From positions 1 through 64,000 of the forward strand of contig JAUVNS010000018.1 in the NCBI GenBank assembly GCA_030599585.1: a DNA stretch of 64,000 nucleotides, written 5' to 3'. This DNA comes from Promethearchaeota archaeon. Lineage in GTDB: Archaea > Asgardarchaeota > Lokiarchaeia > Sigyniarchaeales > SOKP01. Position 1 is the stretch's first letter; every line of letters begins with the position of its first letter. This document shows positions 51,003-60,800 of this stretch, one piece after another. The position numbers and the translations under genes were made by a program. The notes beneath the pieces were generated by a model. That model saw only the letters and a program-made list of their open reading frames with translations, ran no database searches and was not told the origin of the DNA.

Positions 51003-51018
51003 TTTTTTTTTCTATTTT
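51003..51018 (+). terminator. Oligo-T terminator candidate for the giant gene
   Basis: T9 run immediately after the TAA, followed by further T-rich sequence. Confidence 0.5.
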
Positions 51019-51080
51019 CCAGACTTTATTTATATTTCATTTGTATTTATTGTAAATAACCCTTTCGTCATTATAGAAGT

Positions 51081-52154
51081 TTAAGAACAATCTAACTTGT
51101 TGTTTTCCAGTGCTAAGACTTTTAGCGATTTCATTTCTTTTATAGATTTCGGTAATCTAGTTAGATGGTTATTATTTAATGCTAGAACTTCTAAGTTCTT
51201 TAACTTTTTTATTGATTCAGGAATACATGTAAGCTTGTTTATGCTTAGCCCTAGTCGCTTAAGGTTAAATAATTCCGTTACGATCTCAGGGAAGATTTTA
51301 AAATTGTTGACGCCTAAATAAAGTAATTCGAGAGATTTTAAAGAAGATATTTCGCGAGGAAGAGTTTCCAACTGGTTACCGCTTAGGTTTAACTCTCGAA
51401 GGTTTTTTAGCTGCCCAATCTCTTTTGGGACATACAAAAATACATTCTCGTCTAAATAGAGCTTCCTTAAAGATGTTAATCTTGTTATTTCTAAAGGAAA
51501 ACGTGTTAAATGGCAATGCCTTAACTCCAATCCAATTAACTTATTTTTTTCAAATTCAATCGCAAATTGCGGATTGCCGTATTGGTTATCGAACCATAAT
51601 TCTTCTTCGATTTTTACTTCAGCTTTGGAAAGTATTTGCAATTTATTTAAAATTAAGACTTCCTCATTTTCTAAAAATGTTTCAATTAACTTTTCTTTTA
51701 CATATTTTCTTACATAACCATTTCCAATTAGATATCGGACAATAATTGGATGACCGCTTTCAAACCTTTTTACGATTTCTTCTTCAAATACTGCTTTTGC
51801 TACTTGATCTCCAACGTCAGTTAAAGCCTTTAACATAGGAAACGCTAAAGTTCTATGCAATAGTCGCGTATCGTAATTAAACTCGTACCACGCTTGAAGG
51901 TTAGAACAGTGTGCCCAAAACTCTTCTTCTGGTAGTATTTCAAATTCTTCTAAAGCTCTTTCTTCTAACGATTGATCCAATAGTCTTTCTGCCTCGTCAA
52001 TAGACATAATATCTTCAAAATTTTCAATATTATTCTCGTCTATATAAATTAATAGAAATTTACAGTGTCTAAACAGTTTGTCTTTTATATAAATATTGGT
52101 CTTACCGTTTTCTAGTCGTAATTTTAAAAATTCATTTATTTGAAATTCTTTCAT
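51081..52154 (-). CDS. Leucine-rich repeat protein with Lokiarchaeia-type N-terminal domain
   Basis: About six 23-aa LxxLxLxxNxL repeats; N-domain LRLENGKTNIY...CK...EEEFWAHCSNLQAW...LLHRTLAFP. Confidence 0.92.
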   Translation of the reverse strand: MKEFQINEFLKLRLENGKTNIYIKDKLFRHCKFLLIYIDENNIENFEDIMSIDEAERLLDQSLEERALEEFEILPEEEFWAHCSNLQAWYEFNYDTRLLHRTLAFPMLKALTDVGDQVAKAVFEEEIVKRFESGHPIIVRYLIGNGYVRKYVKEKLIETFLENEEVLILNKLQILSKAEVKIEEELWFDNQYGNPQFAIEFEKNKLIGLELRHCHLTRFPLEITRLTSLRKLYLDENVFLYVPKEIGQLKNLRELNLSGNQLETLPREISSLKSLELLYLGVNNFKIFPEIVTELFNLKRLGLSINKLTCIPESIKKLKNLEVLALNNNHLTRLPKSIKEMKSLKVLALENNKLDCS

Positions 52155-52583
52155 AAAACTTTAAGTCTCAATTTTATATCCTATTAATTTAACGAAAACG
52201 GGCTTATATAAACTTTTAGAGATAAACAAATTTTTAAACCAATTAGATAATGACTCCCCATTAATTAAAAAGAAATGTATTTCACTTTTTTCTTACTATT
52301 TTGTTGTTTGATTAATTCTGCTTAATAAAGGAAAGGTTAGAAGGGTAACGCGTTGAAAATTGGTATCCTTTGTTGATAAATTCACGATAAAAAACAATTT
52401 TTATTGTTATTTTTTTCTTTTTGACACAAGTAAAACTTGAAGAAAAGCTTGGTTTTAAATCAATATCATAATCAAATAGGTTTGGGAATTTTAGAAGAAT
52501 TAAAGAATTTTTGATGAGATTTAAAAATTATTATACTATATACTTTATTATATTGTTAAGACATTATTTAATTATCATTGTAA

Positions 52584-52880
52584 TTGGGGAGAGTTTATCT
52601 GGAACCAGATAAGGAAACTTTGATAAAACTGGTTAAACAAGGCATTGAAATGTTAGCAGAAAGGAACATTAGTAGCATTCTAGTCCTATCATCATATAAA
52701 ATAAATTCAGTGTTAAAGGATAACTATGGCGTGAATATTAAGGTTGATAGAATTGGAAGAATTCTCTCAAGCGTAGCTAAAAATAATAAACTCAAGAGGC
52801 TAGGAACTCAGATCCCAAAATACCAATTGCAAATATCGAAAGTTGGAAGACTTCGGTATCCCGAATTGTTGTCTTCGTAA
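52584..52880 (+). CDS. Small winged-helix-like protein
   Basis: TTG start; VDRIGRILSSVAKNNKLKRL...PKYQL helix-wing pattern. Confidence 0.6.
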   Translation: MGRVYLEPDKETLIKLVKQGIEMLAERNISSILVLSSYKINSVLKDNYGVNIKVDRIGRILSSVAKNNKLKRLGTQIPKYQLQISKVGRLRYPELLSS

Positions 52881-52955
52881 AGTGAGATAAATATTTCACA
52901 AAATCTATTTATATAATCTATCTGCTTGAAATTTATAAAAAAAGTAAAAATCCTA

Positions 52956-54335
52956 CTATTTCTTAATATTTCGGAAGTCAGGAATTATTTTTTGTAATCT
53001 ATCAATTAACTTTTCAAGTTCGACAAAATCGCTATTAAAGCTATCTAATTCTGAAATTAAATTATCGAAATTGGTAGTAATGGTTATTTCAAAGGGATGA
53101 TTGATAGCACTTATTCCTTTTAACATGTCGATAGAGAGACTTTCTATTAGATTCGTTAAATTTGAGATTTGGTTTCCTGATGATTCAATTTTCTCTCTTG
53201 TGTTTGTATCTAATTTGGTTAATTCGTATAGTTTATTGATGGATTCATCGAGATTATTTTTTATAGAATTAGCGATATCACTGATACTACGCTCTAAAGA
53301 CTCATTAATTTCACTTTTTAAGATTTCACTGATCTCTTGTGTATTCGATTTTAATTCTTCTTGCCCCTCAAGACGTTTTCTTATGTATCCCTCAACTTTT
53401 TCCTTATATTCATCTATCCTTTCTTTAAATTTTAGATCAATCCATTGTTCTACTTTTTCGAAACCACTATTAATCGCAGAATCCATTTCTGAAAGGGAGT
53501 CATTTATTTTATGAAGACCTATTAAAGCTCCATCATTAAAATCTGTAGACCATAATTCTAATTCAGATTTGTAATTGGTTAAGACTAAGCTAGATAAATT
53601 CTGTAGTCCTTTTTTAAACCCGTCTATAACCGGATTAATGTTAGGGTATTTTATGTCGATTTTCGTATCAGTTTGACCTATTGATGTTGGAATTTCTTGA
53701 AGATCACCTGGAATTCCTTCAATCATCTCAAATTTCTCGGGTATTATATTTGGATCCTTCGCTTGACCATATTCCACAAGCTCTCGAACCCAATTGAAGA
53801 AATCTAGGGATTTTGGTGGCTCGATTTCGTTTTTTACTCTAACTATTCCACTTTTTTCTCCTAATTTGTGATTTTTTAATTGGAATACTTCTAATCCTAA
53901 ATGATCGGCTTTTTTAAGTTGAGAGGGATCAAATACAATTCCAAATGCTAAGGGGTTCTGTTCATTTTGAAAATATAAATGGTTCTTTTTATCAACATCT
54001 GAAAAGAAAAATGAATCGCTGTTAGGGTGTGAATGATACCAACCCACAACGGAATAGGTCTCCTCTTTAACTTCTTCTTTTAGCTGCTCAAGTGATTTAT
54101 GAATCTTTTCTGAAAATCCTAATTCAACTTGGTCTCCGTGCGTAATAGGAATGGCTTTGATCACGTCAATGTCATCGCTGTCAGGTTTTTTGATACCCAA
54201 ACAAAATCCTATAACCTGTTCATTATCAAACATAACGTTTGCAAATCGTAACGCATGAGTAAGAATATCTTTATACACACTCATTCGTATGAACACTTTA
54301 CCATTTTCTCTGGTTTCAACTGTGCTCTCATTCAT
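52956..54335 (-). CDS. MPN+/JAMM (Mov34) metalloprotease domain plus long coiled-coil
   Basis: NEQVIGFCLG, AIPITHG, VGWYHSHP-x7-SDVD and GIVFDP, followed by ~230 aa of heptad-rich helix. Confidence 0.9.
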   Translation of the reverse strand: MNESTVETRENGKVFIRMSVYKDILTHALRFANVMFDNEQVIGFCLGIKKPDSDDIDVIKAIPITHGDQVELGFSEKIHKSLEQLKEEVKEETYSVVGWYHSHPNSDSFFFSDVDKKNHLYFQNEQNPLAFGIVFDPSQLKKADHLGLEVFQLKNHKLGEKSGIVRVKNEIEPPKSLDFFNWVRELVEYGQAKDPNIIPEKFEMIEGIPGDLQEIPTSIGQTDTKIDIKYPNINPVIDGFKKGLQNLSSLVLTNYKSELELWSTDFNDGALIGLHKINDSLSEMDSAINSGFEKVEQWIDLKFKERIDEYKEKVEGYIRKRLEGQEELKSNTQEISEILKSEINESLERSISDIANSIKNNLDESINKLYELTKLDTNTREKIESSGNQISNLTNLIESLSIDMLKGISAINHPFEITITTNFDNLISELDSFNSDFVELEKLIDRLQKIIPDFRNIKK

Positions 54336-54337
54336 CT

Positions 54338-55792
54338 CTATTCATTACCTCCTTGTTCGAGTTCTTTGATTTTTAATAGTAATTCTTTTTTTTCAGATTC
54401 CAATTTTTCAATTTTTTCAAAGATAGGTGCTTTTGTTCCTTCTAAAATTAAAACTGCAGCTTTTAAGTTTGTCACAAACTTTTGAGAATTTTTTTGTAGG
54501 TCGCTAATTGAATTTTTCATTAAACCATACTTCTTCGAAGTAATATCTGAAGTTTCTTTTTGCATATTTTTTATCTTGTCGAGTGTCGAATCTTTTATCG
54601 AGGCTATTTTATCCGATAATGTATTTAATGAATTCTCTAATATTTCGAGATTCTCGAGATTTTTAGTTAAATTCCCATTGAGGTTCATTATTTTACTGTT
54701 CCATTCGTCGTAATCTTTTGAGAAATCATTTTTCAATGCTTCAAATTTCTCTTTAAAAGAAATTTTTAGTTTCTCTTGAACAAATTCCTTTATCTCTCTC
54801 AAGATTTTTCCTATTTCGTCATGGTATTCATCGATTTGGTCTAAAAAGTCGTCAACATAGCCTTCTGCGCTAAATAATTCAGAATTTAAATCGTCCTTGT
54901 ATTTCCTCTGGATTTTATTAATTCCAGCGTTCACTAAATTTTTTAATTGAGATAAATTATTCCTCATTTCGATGTTGTTATTCTCAATTTCTCCTGAAAT
55001 GTTTTTAGCTATCGAATTTAAATAGGAAATTAAGGGTGATAAAGATAAATCTACAAAGTTAGCAAGACCAATTTGAACGGATTCAATAATTTTTTGTTGA
55101 TCTATTTCAGGTTGCTTAAACCTTAATTGACTCAATTCAGGGACTTGAACATCGCCAAAAATATCCGCTGTTTCGTTTTCTTCCATAATCGGGGGTTTAT
55201 TTGTATACACACCATTAATCAGTTCTACAAGCTTAAAATAATAATCCACATCATTAGGTGGTTCAACAATTGCTTTCACTTCGTGAACATTCGAACTCCT
55301 AATGTCTGTAGGATTCGTTAATCTAAGTGCTCTAAATCCCGGGTCATCAGAGCTTTCCAAATATGCGTGGTCAAAAACTAGTGCTATACCACTTGGATTC
55401 AATTCATTTTGCCAGCCGAATTGATTTTTTACATCCGTAGGAGAAAAGAATATTTTGTGCTGGAAAAGATTAGGATGACTATGATACCATCCTACCATAA
55501 ACCAGTTTTTTTCTAAATACATCGAATTAGCTTTTTCAAAGAAAATATAATCATTTATTGAAAATTCGACTTCTACACTACTTCCGTGAGAGATAGGTAC
55601 GGAATCTTCAATTACGACGTTTTTAAACTTCTTATCTTCGCCCTCTTCGTGATGTCCAATGAGTACTCCCATCACTTCGATACACTGATTATGATTTCTC
55701 GCTTTGTTCCCAAAGCGTAATACGTGTAGCACCATTTTGTAATAAGCAAGTGGTTTTATCTTTACAACACTACTATCTACATCTTTTCCCAA
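54338..55792 (-). CDS. Rpn11/CSN5-like MPN+/JAMM metalloprotease plus long coiled-coil
   Basis: LAYYKMVLH, IEVMGVLIG and VGWYHSHP-x9-SPTD; coiled-coil C-terminal half; ends 2 nt before its paralog. Confidence 0.9.
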   Translation of the reverse strand: MGKDVDSSVVKIKPLAYYKMVLHVLRFGNKARNHNQCIEVMGVLIGHHEEGEDKKFKNVVIEDSVPISHGSSVEVEFSINDYIFFEKANSMYLEKNWFMVGWYHSHPNLFQHKIFFSPTDVKNQFGWQNELNPSGIALVFDHAYLESSDDPGFRALRLTNPTDIRSSNVHEVKAIVEPPNDVDYYFKLVELINGVYTNKPPIMEENETADIFGDVQVPELSQLRFKQPEIDQQKIIESVQIGLANFVDLSLSPLISYLNSIAKNISGEIENNNIEMRNNLSQLKNLVNAGINKIQRKYKDDLNSELFSAEGYVDDFLDQIDEYHDEIGKILREIKEFVQEKLKISFKEKFEALKNDFSKDYDEWNSKIMNLNGNLTKNLENLEILENSLNTLSDKIASIKDSTLDKIKNMQKETSDITSKKYGLMKNSISDLQKNSQKFVTNLKAAVLILEGTKAPIFEKIEKLESEKKELLLKIKELEQGGNE

Positions 55793-56039
55793 TTTTTATC
55801 ACTTCAGCTTTTAAGAACTTAATGAATTTATTCTACAATATATTTGTTTTTAACAATTATAATTTTGAGCAGTTAATATAAATGTATAGTGGATGATAAT
55901 TTATTCTTCTTTTTCATTTATATCTTTTTTTAGATACTTAATTTTTAAAACAATCTTAGTCAACACCTAATTAAAAATAAGAATACTACATCTTTTTGTA
56001 AGAACGGTTGAAAGGATTTTATAGAAGAAAAGATTTAGT

Positions 56040-56717
56040 TTAATGGGGTAGTGGTTTCCCGCAATAAGGACAGAATTTCCAGCCAATATCTTTCCCACAA
56101 CTAGGACAAAAAGTGGAAGTCCCGGTACTAGGGCTATCAGGTGAGGTAGGACCTCCGCCCGCTCCTTTTGGGATTGAAGGTAAACTTCTTGCAGTTTTTA
56201 GAGTCGATGGTTCTTGTTGACCCTCCTTGGCTTTTTTTTCCTCCTTAATATACTTCATTCTCTCTTGAAATGCCTGGCGTTTTTCGTCTTCTAATTCTTG
56301 ATTTGATTTCATACCCTCTTCTTTTACCCATCCCGTAGCTGCTGGTCTCTTTATTTCGCTTTCTGGAACTTTATCTAATTCAACTTCTTTAGCTTCAGAA
56401 ATCGGAGCTGCAACTTTTTTTTCTTCGCTCCTGGTAATAGCTTGCTTAGTTAATGCGTGCACAGTCTTCATAATTTGGTGAGGATTTATATTAGGAATTG
56501 CTACTGTTCTCAGCACCCATCCAACCATGATATTTTGGTTAGGAAAACCAGAAGCGCTCATATCTTCCTCTTTGAAAACATAGGAATCAATAATATCATT
56601 TCTGCCTTTCAGTAAACGGATGGCCCATTTATCGTTTATAAGTCCTAATTGAATTCTATACGAAGTTCCAGAAATTCCTAGTTGACTACTAAGAGGTTCG
56701 AATCCTTTTTCTGAAAT
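56040..56717 (-). CDS. Protein with C-terminal double zinc ribbon; probably longer than the 173-aa track call (candidate ATT start at 56717)
   Basis: C-terminal FCPSCG...FCPYCG. Frame stays open to 56729 (SEKGFEPLSSQLGISGTSYRIQLGLINDKWAIRLLKG...), with GGTG just upstream of ATT-ATT-TCA. Confidence 0.7.
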   Translation of the reverse strand: MSEKGFEPLSSQLGISGTSYRIQLGLINDKWAIRLLKGRNDIIDSYVFKEEDMSASGFPNQNIMVGWVLRTVAIPNINPHQIMKTVHALTKQAITRSEEKKVAAPISEAKEVELDKVPESEIKRPAATGWVKEEGMKSNQELEDEKRQAFQERMKYIKEEKKAKEGQQEPSTLKTARSLPSIPKGAGGGPTSPDSPSTGTSTFCPSCGKDIGWKFCPYCGKPLPH

Positions 56718-57062
56718 AATTACACCAGCTCAATTTAATTGTGATATCTAACATTCTTATAAGATTTAGATGAGACTTTGGTTTGCTATTCATAATAAAT
56801 TGTTTTTATACCCCTATAAATTAATTTATTATTTTAAATAGATATTTATTTCAAATGTTGTTGAATTTATATCTTTTACTATATTATAACATATTTCGAT
56901 GTTATAATTTCATTAATTATTTTTAAGGTTAGGAAAAGAAGGTGTTGAGCTGTTTACAAGATAAAGAGAGGATTATTTAGAATCTCTACAAATAAAAGGA
57001 TTGTCTGAGAAATAACGAAGTGAGAAAAATTATTAAATTCACCTAAGGGAATTTAAATCTGG

Positions 57063-57863
57063 TCACTTATAATAACCAGATATCTTAAACAAAAAACTGC
57101 TTTCCCCTAATCTGTGCTTATATACTTTAAAAATTTCATGGACTTTATTTTTAAAATACTCATTCTTATTATAATATAATTTATCAATGAGAATAGTCGT
57201 CCAATAACTAATATCAAGGTATTTCTTATTAAATGAATCTCCAAACAAGACCAATAGATCGAATAACCTTATTTTTGGGTGTTCTATGAGAAAAAAAATA
57301 TCATCATCACAAAGATCGTATTTCTCTCTATCATATGTTAAAATTTCATCCAGAACGGATTCATTAATTTCTTTATCTAATAAATTTTCTTTAATGGTTT
57401 CAAGCAACAATGAAATTTGTTCATAATTTAAAAACGAAAAATATTGGTTAAACACCAAAAAAATAATAACTGAAATGTTTTGAGTCTCTTCAACCTTTTT
57501 AAAAATCTCTTCTCTAAATACCTTTCTTGCCGTTTTATCCCCCAAAAGCATTAAATCCTTCAGTAAAGGAAAGGCTAGAGAGTAATGAAGTAACCGAGAA
57601 TCATATCCACTTTCGACCCACGCTTGAAGATTCGAACAATGCCCCCAAAACTCATCACGGGCGGAGATATAAAAACGAGAATCTTGCACAATTTCCCCTA
57701 AACTCTCGATATAGTCAAGATTATCTAAGGTTTTGATCTGATCTGAAGATAAATTTATAACTAACTTCTTGCACTGTGAAAAAAGAACATTGTTCAAGTA
57801 AATATTAGTTCTTTTGTTTTCTAACCGTAAAGAAATTAATTTATTTATCTTATATTCATCCAT
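57063..57863 (-). CDS. Lokiarchaeia-type 'HCSNLQAW' domain protein lacking LRRs
   Basis: LRLENKRTNIY...QCK...DEFWGHCSNLQAW...LLHYSLAFP is a clear paralog of the N-domain of 51081..52154. Confidence 0.85.
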   Translation of the reverse strand: MDEYKINKLISLRLENKRTNIYLNNVLFSQCKKLVINLSSDQIKTLDNLDYIESLGEIVQDSRFYISARDEFWGHCSNLQAWVESGYDSRLLHYSLAFPLLKDLMLLGDKTARKVFREEIFKKVEETQNISVIIFLVFNQYFSFLNYEQISLLLETIKENLLDKEINESVLDEILTYDREKYDLCDDDIFFLIEHPKIRLFDLLVLFGDSFNKKYLDISYWTTILIDKLYYNKNEYFKNKVHEIFKVYKHRLGESSFLFKISGYYK

Positions 57864-57895
57864 TTTTCTTAAAAAAATAATAAAAAAAAGATTAT

Positions 57896-60800
57896 TTAAA
57901 GATTTAGATTGTTTGATAATGCTAAAGCTCGCAATCTATTAAAATTATACCCTAAAGTACGAAGTAAACATTTATCTGAAAGCTTCTTGATTGTCGACTC
58001 AGAATAACCTAAACCTCCCAATGCAACTAACAAAGAATATGCATTATATTCATATGGAGAACTTCTTATTAATGATAATGCCAATGTTAAATAATAATGC
58101 TTATCTGGTCGGGAAGAGACCAATGCCTTAAAAGTCTCACGATCTTCTTCGAACCTAGTTGGCAGAATATTTTCAATAATTAAATCCTTTAATTCAGTAA
58201 AAGTTAATCCTCTAAATCTCGTCTTAATAACACCACTATAATCCCTTCTAAGGGATAAATCACTATACTCCTCTCCAAATCCTAGCTTAATGAGGAAGTC
58301 ATAGCAAGTGATAGAATACCCTTCTTTTCTAAGAATGTCAACAGCTCTTCCCCAGTAAATAGAATCAGGATAATATCTATCATTAAGTTCATTGAGAGAA
58401 ATACCTTGTCTAACATTGAATTTTGTCAAAGTTTTAACATCTGTAAACCCCGGAAGAATTGGAAGCAGATCTCGATTGTGGACTCTATGGTTAATACTAG
58501 ATATAAATCTTTCAACTCGTGCTTTAATAACCAAACCTCTATAATCTCCAATGTGAGCTAATGGGATATCAATTTCAAATTCTTCTTCTACTTTCTCCTT
58601 TAATAGTTGAGAGACTAATTTTTTATTTATTCCAGACAAACCTGGATCGATCTTTTTTGCTGAAAGGTCTAAAATTCTCACTATCTCGTATAATTGGTAT
58701 CCTTTCTCAAAGTAGTTATAGATTAGCTCTTTTTGATAACCTCTTAGTATTTTCTTAAATGTCTTCTGTTCTGGGTATTGTTCTTCTAAGTTTCGATCCA
58801 GTAAAGTGCGTGAAAATTTTGACTTGAACGATTCTTGAACTAACTCTATGTATAATTGCTTTCCAAAGGCTAAACAAGCAATCTTTTTAAAATTATTATG
58901 TAAGTCTATAAATGGAATTATGGTACCTGATTTAGATCCAATCCTTCCTCCCATATGGATGTTGGCACCAAATTCTTGGTATTGCGAATGAAACAAACCT
59001 ATCCAAGCTATCTCAGCAAAATCAGCTAATTCACGAGTTCTTGCTTCAGCTATTCTAAGTGCCTCTTTACGTTCCACACTATCAACAATTCTATTAATCT
59101 CGTTCATGTCCCCTTGAAAAGTAATAACTTGCAGTATCTCAAATCTAAACACCTTTTTAGCTTCTTCAATGTTCTCAGTATATTCACTAATTAGCTGCTC
59201 AATATAAGAACGTGGATTCGTAAAAGCCCGTTCTAAGTGTTCCTCGTATCTTAGTATTGGAGAAACTCTTCCAGTCTCCCCAACATACATCAGATCTGGA
59301 AAAGGAATGAAATCTGAACCTTGTGTATCTGTAAGTTTCTTATTGTACTTATTCCAATAGATTCTATAAATATATCTTGTGCCTGCGGAATAATCTTCGT
59401 GCAAATTCCGAATGGCTTTCATCTTCTTTAGCAATATTGTATTTTCTAAATTATGATCAATTATATGCCCACAATGCTTACATTTGTAACGAATGGTATC
59501 TTTGTCATTAATCAATCGAACTAAAGACTTAGTCTTACCTTCAAACTCGAAATTGTGTCTTACGAATTGTTTATGTTCTTTGTTATCATATCTACAAGCT
59601 CCTATCTCAGCATAGTAATGGCTTACTCTCTTTGATGGTTGTTTTAAAAGACTTGACGGTTTTGTACGAACCATTCCAAACATCGACAACCCGGAAAATG
59701 TTAATCCACAGAAGAAACCGAGCGGACCTAAAGAAAGCGTAAGGAAAGTCGTCATAGTTCCAAAAGTTGCTATCCCAACGCCAATCCCAAGATTTTTAAC
59801 GATAAATTCTTTAGTGTTTTGGATACCATCTCCAACTTTTCCAGCAATTCCAGAGATAGCAACTTTAACGGGGTTAAATATTTTGCTAAACACTTTTTTA
59901 ACCGAAATATCTTCAGTGAGACAATACGTTGCAATCGTTGTAAATGCTAGAGCGCCAAAAGGTCCGAGGAGGAACGAGGCAGCAAAACCTGTTGCCAACG
60001 AGACAAAACTAAGAATTTTGTTTGCCCCTCTAAGGATCGCCATTTGGCTTTCTTTAGCCGTTTGCTGAGAGTCGAAATTGCTAGAGTAATCGTTAAATTC
60101 GTTAATAAATTCTTGAATCGTCGGTCTCTTATCTTTAGAGAAGTAATTCGTATCGAGAATTTCTGATAACGACTGCTGTTGAGTCTGTTCAGAGCTAAAC
60201 ATTGTCGAAAGCGGTCCGCTGATCGCCTCTCTACCGCTCTCTGCGATGGAACTAAGGACCATCTGCATGATAGCGTCTCCGCCTGCTCGTCGCACTAATC
60301 CCGAGACCGTGCTTTCGATCCAAGGGTCTAAAAGGAGTTCTTGTCCCATTTCCTTCGTCACGGCTCCGATAACGGTAGCAACGCTAAAACTCTTAGCCGC
60401 ACCTAAAAACGTCTCCAATAACCTTCCAAGCACTTTGCTCGATACTTCGCTCGCTGAGTCTTTAAGAGAATTTACGATGGATCCCATACCAGCAGAAAAG
60501 CCCATAGTGAGCGCGGTAGAAATCGCGGTAACTATTGCCGTGTAAATTAATTCGTGGAATCCCATCTGAGTTTGTGTTGCAAGGTTAAATTGGTAGTTGT
60601 ATTCGAGGATGGCAGCTTCGATGGCTTGAGCAGTCGCAATTTTATTTACTTGCTCTGAAGTGAGGTCTCGAACGTCCGAGATCGAGCGGTATTTCTCCAC
60701 TTTTATCTCGAAAAGTATTTTTGGTTGAGAAACTGAATAAGTTAATTTATCTTCGTCTAATTCTTCTTCTTTTGTAGCGTACGAATTTAGTATGGTAGAA

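Larger units (their letters stand above)
1..52200. mobile_element. Putative integrated mobile element (replication/partition module plus giant-protein cargo); left end outside the window, right end approximate
   Basis: Clustered AEP primase, exonuclease, ParB, small HTH/AbrB regulators and short hypothetical ORFs. CpG-rich composition (~37 CG in 1-600) versus ~12 CG per 600 nt in the JAMM genes. No integrase or att site is visible in the window. Confidence 0.6.

Noticed and set aside
9605-49372. Many 60-200 aa ORFs antisense or out of frame within the giant gene (e.g. 45611..46207, 42152..42514)
   Set aside because: Shadow ORFs of a long, biased coding frame; no motifs or RBS support.
9294-51002. 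RHS/YD, RTX or HExxH protease motifs, and diversity-generating retroelement targets, in the giant protein
   Set aside because: None found on reading; no reverse transcriptase or near-identical TR/VR pair in the window.
51003-57062. tRNA gene or att site at the element's right boundary
   Set aside because: No cloverleaf or T-loop motif and no convincing direct repeat was seen by eye in the intergenic regions.
57896-59650. Nuclease considered as an intein or intron-encoded insert
   Set aside because: It is C-terminal with no downstream extein, no terminal His-Asn splice motif and no LAGLIDADG motif.
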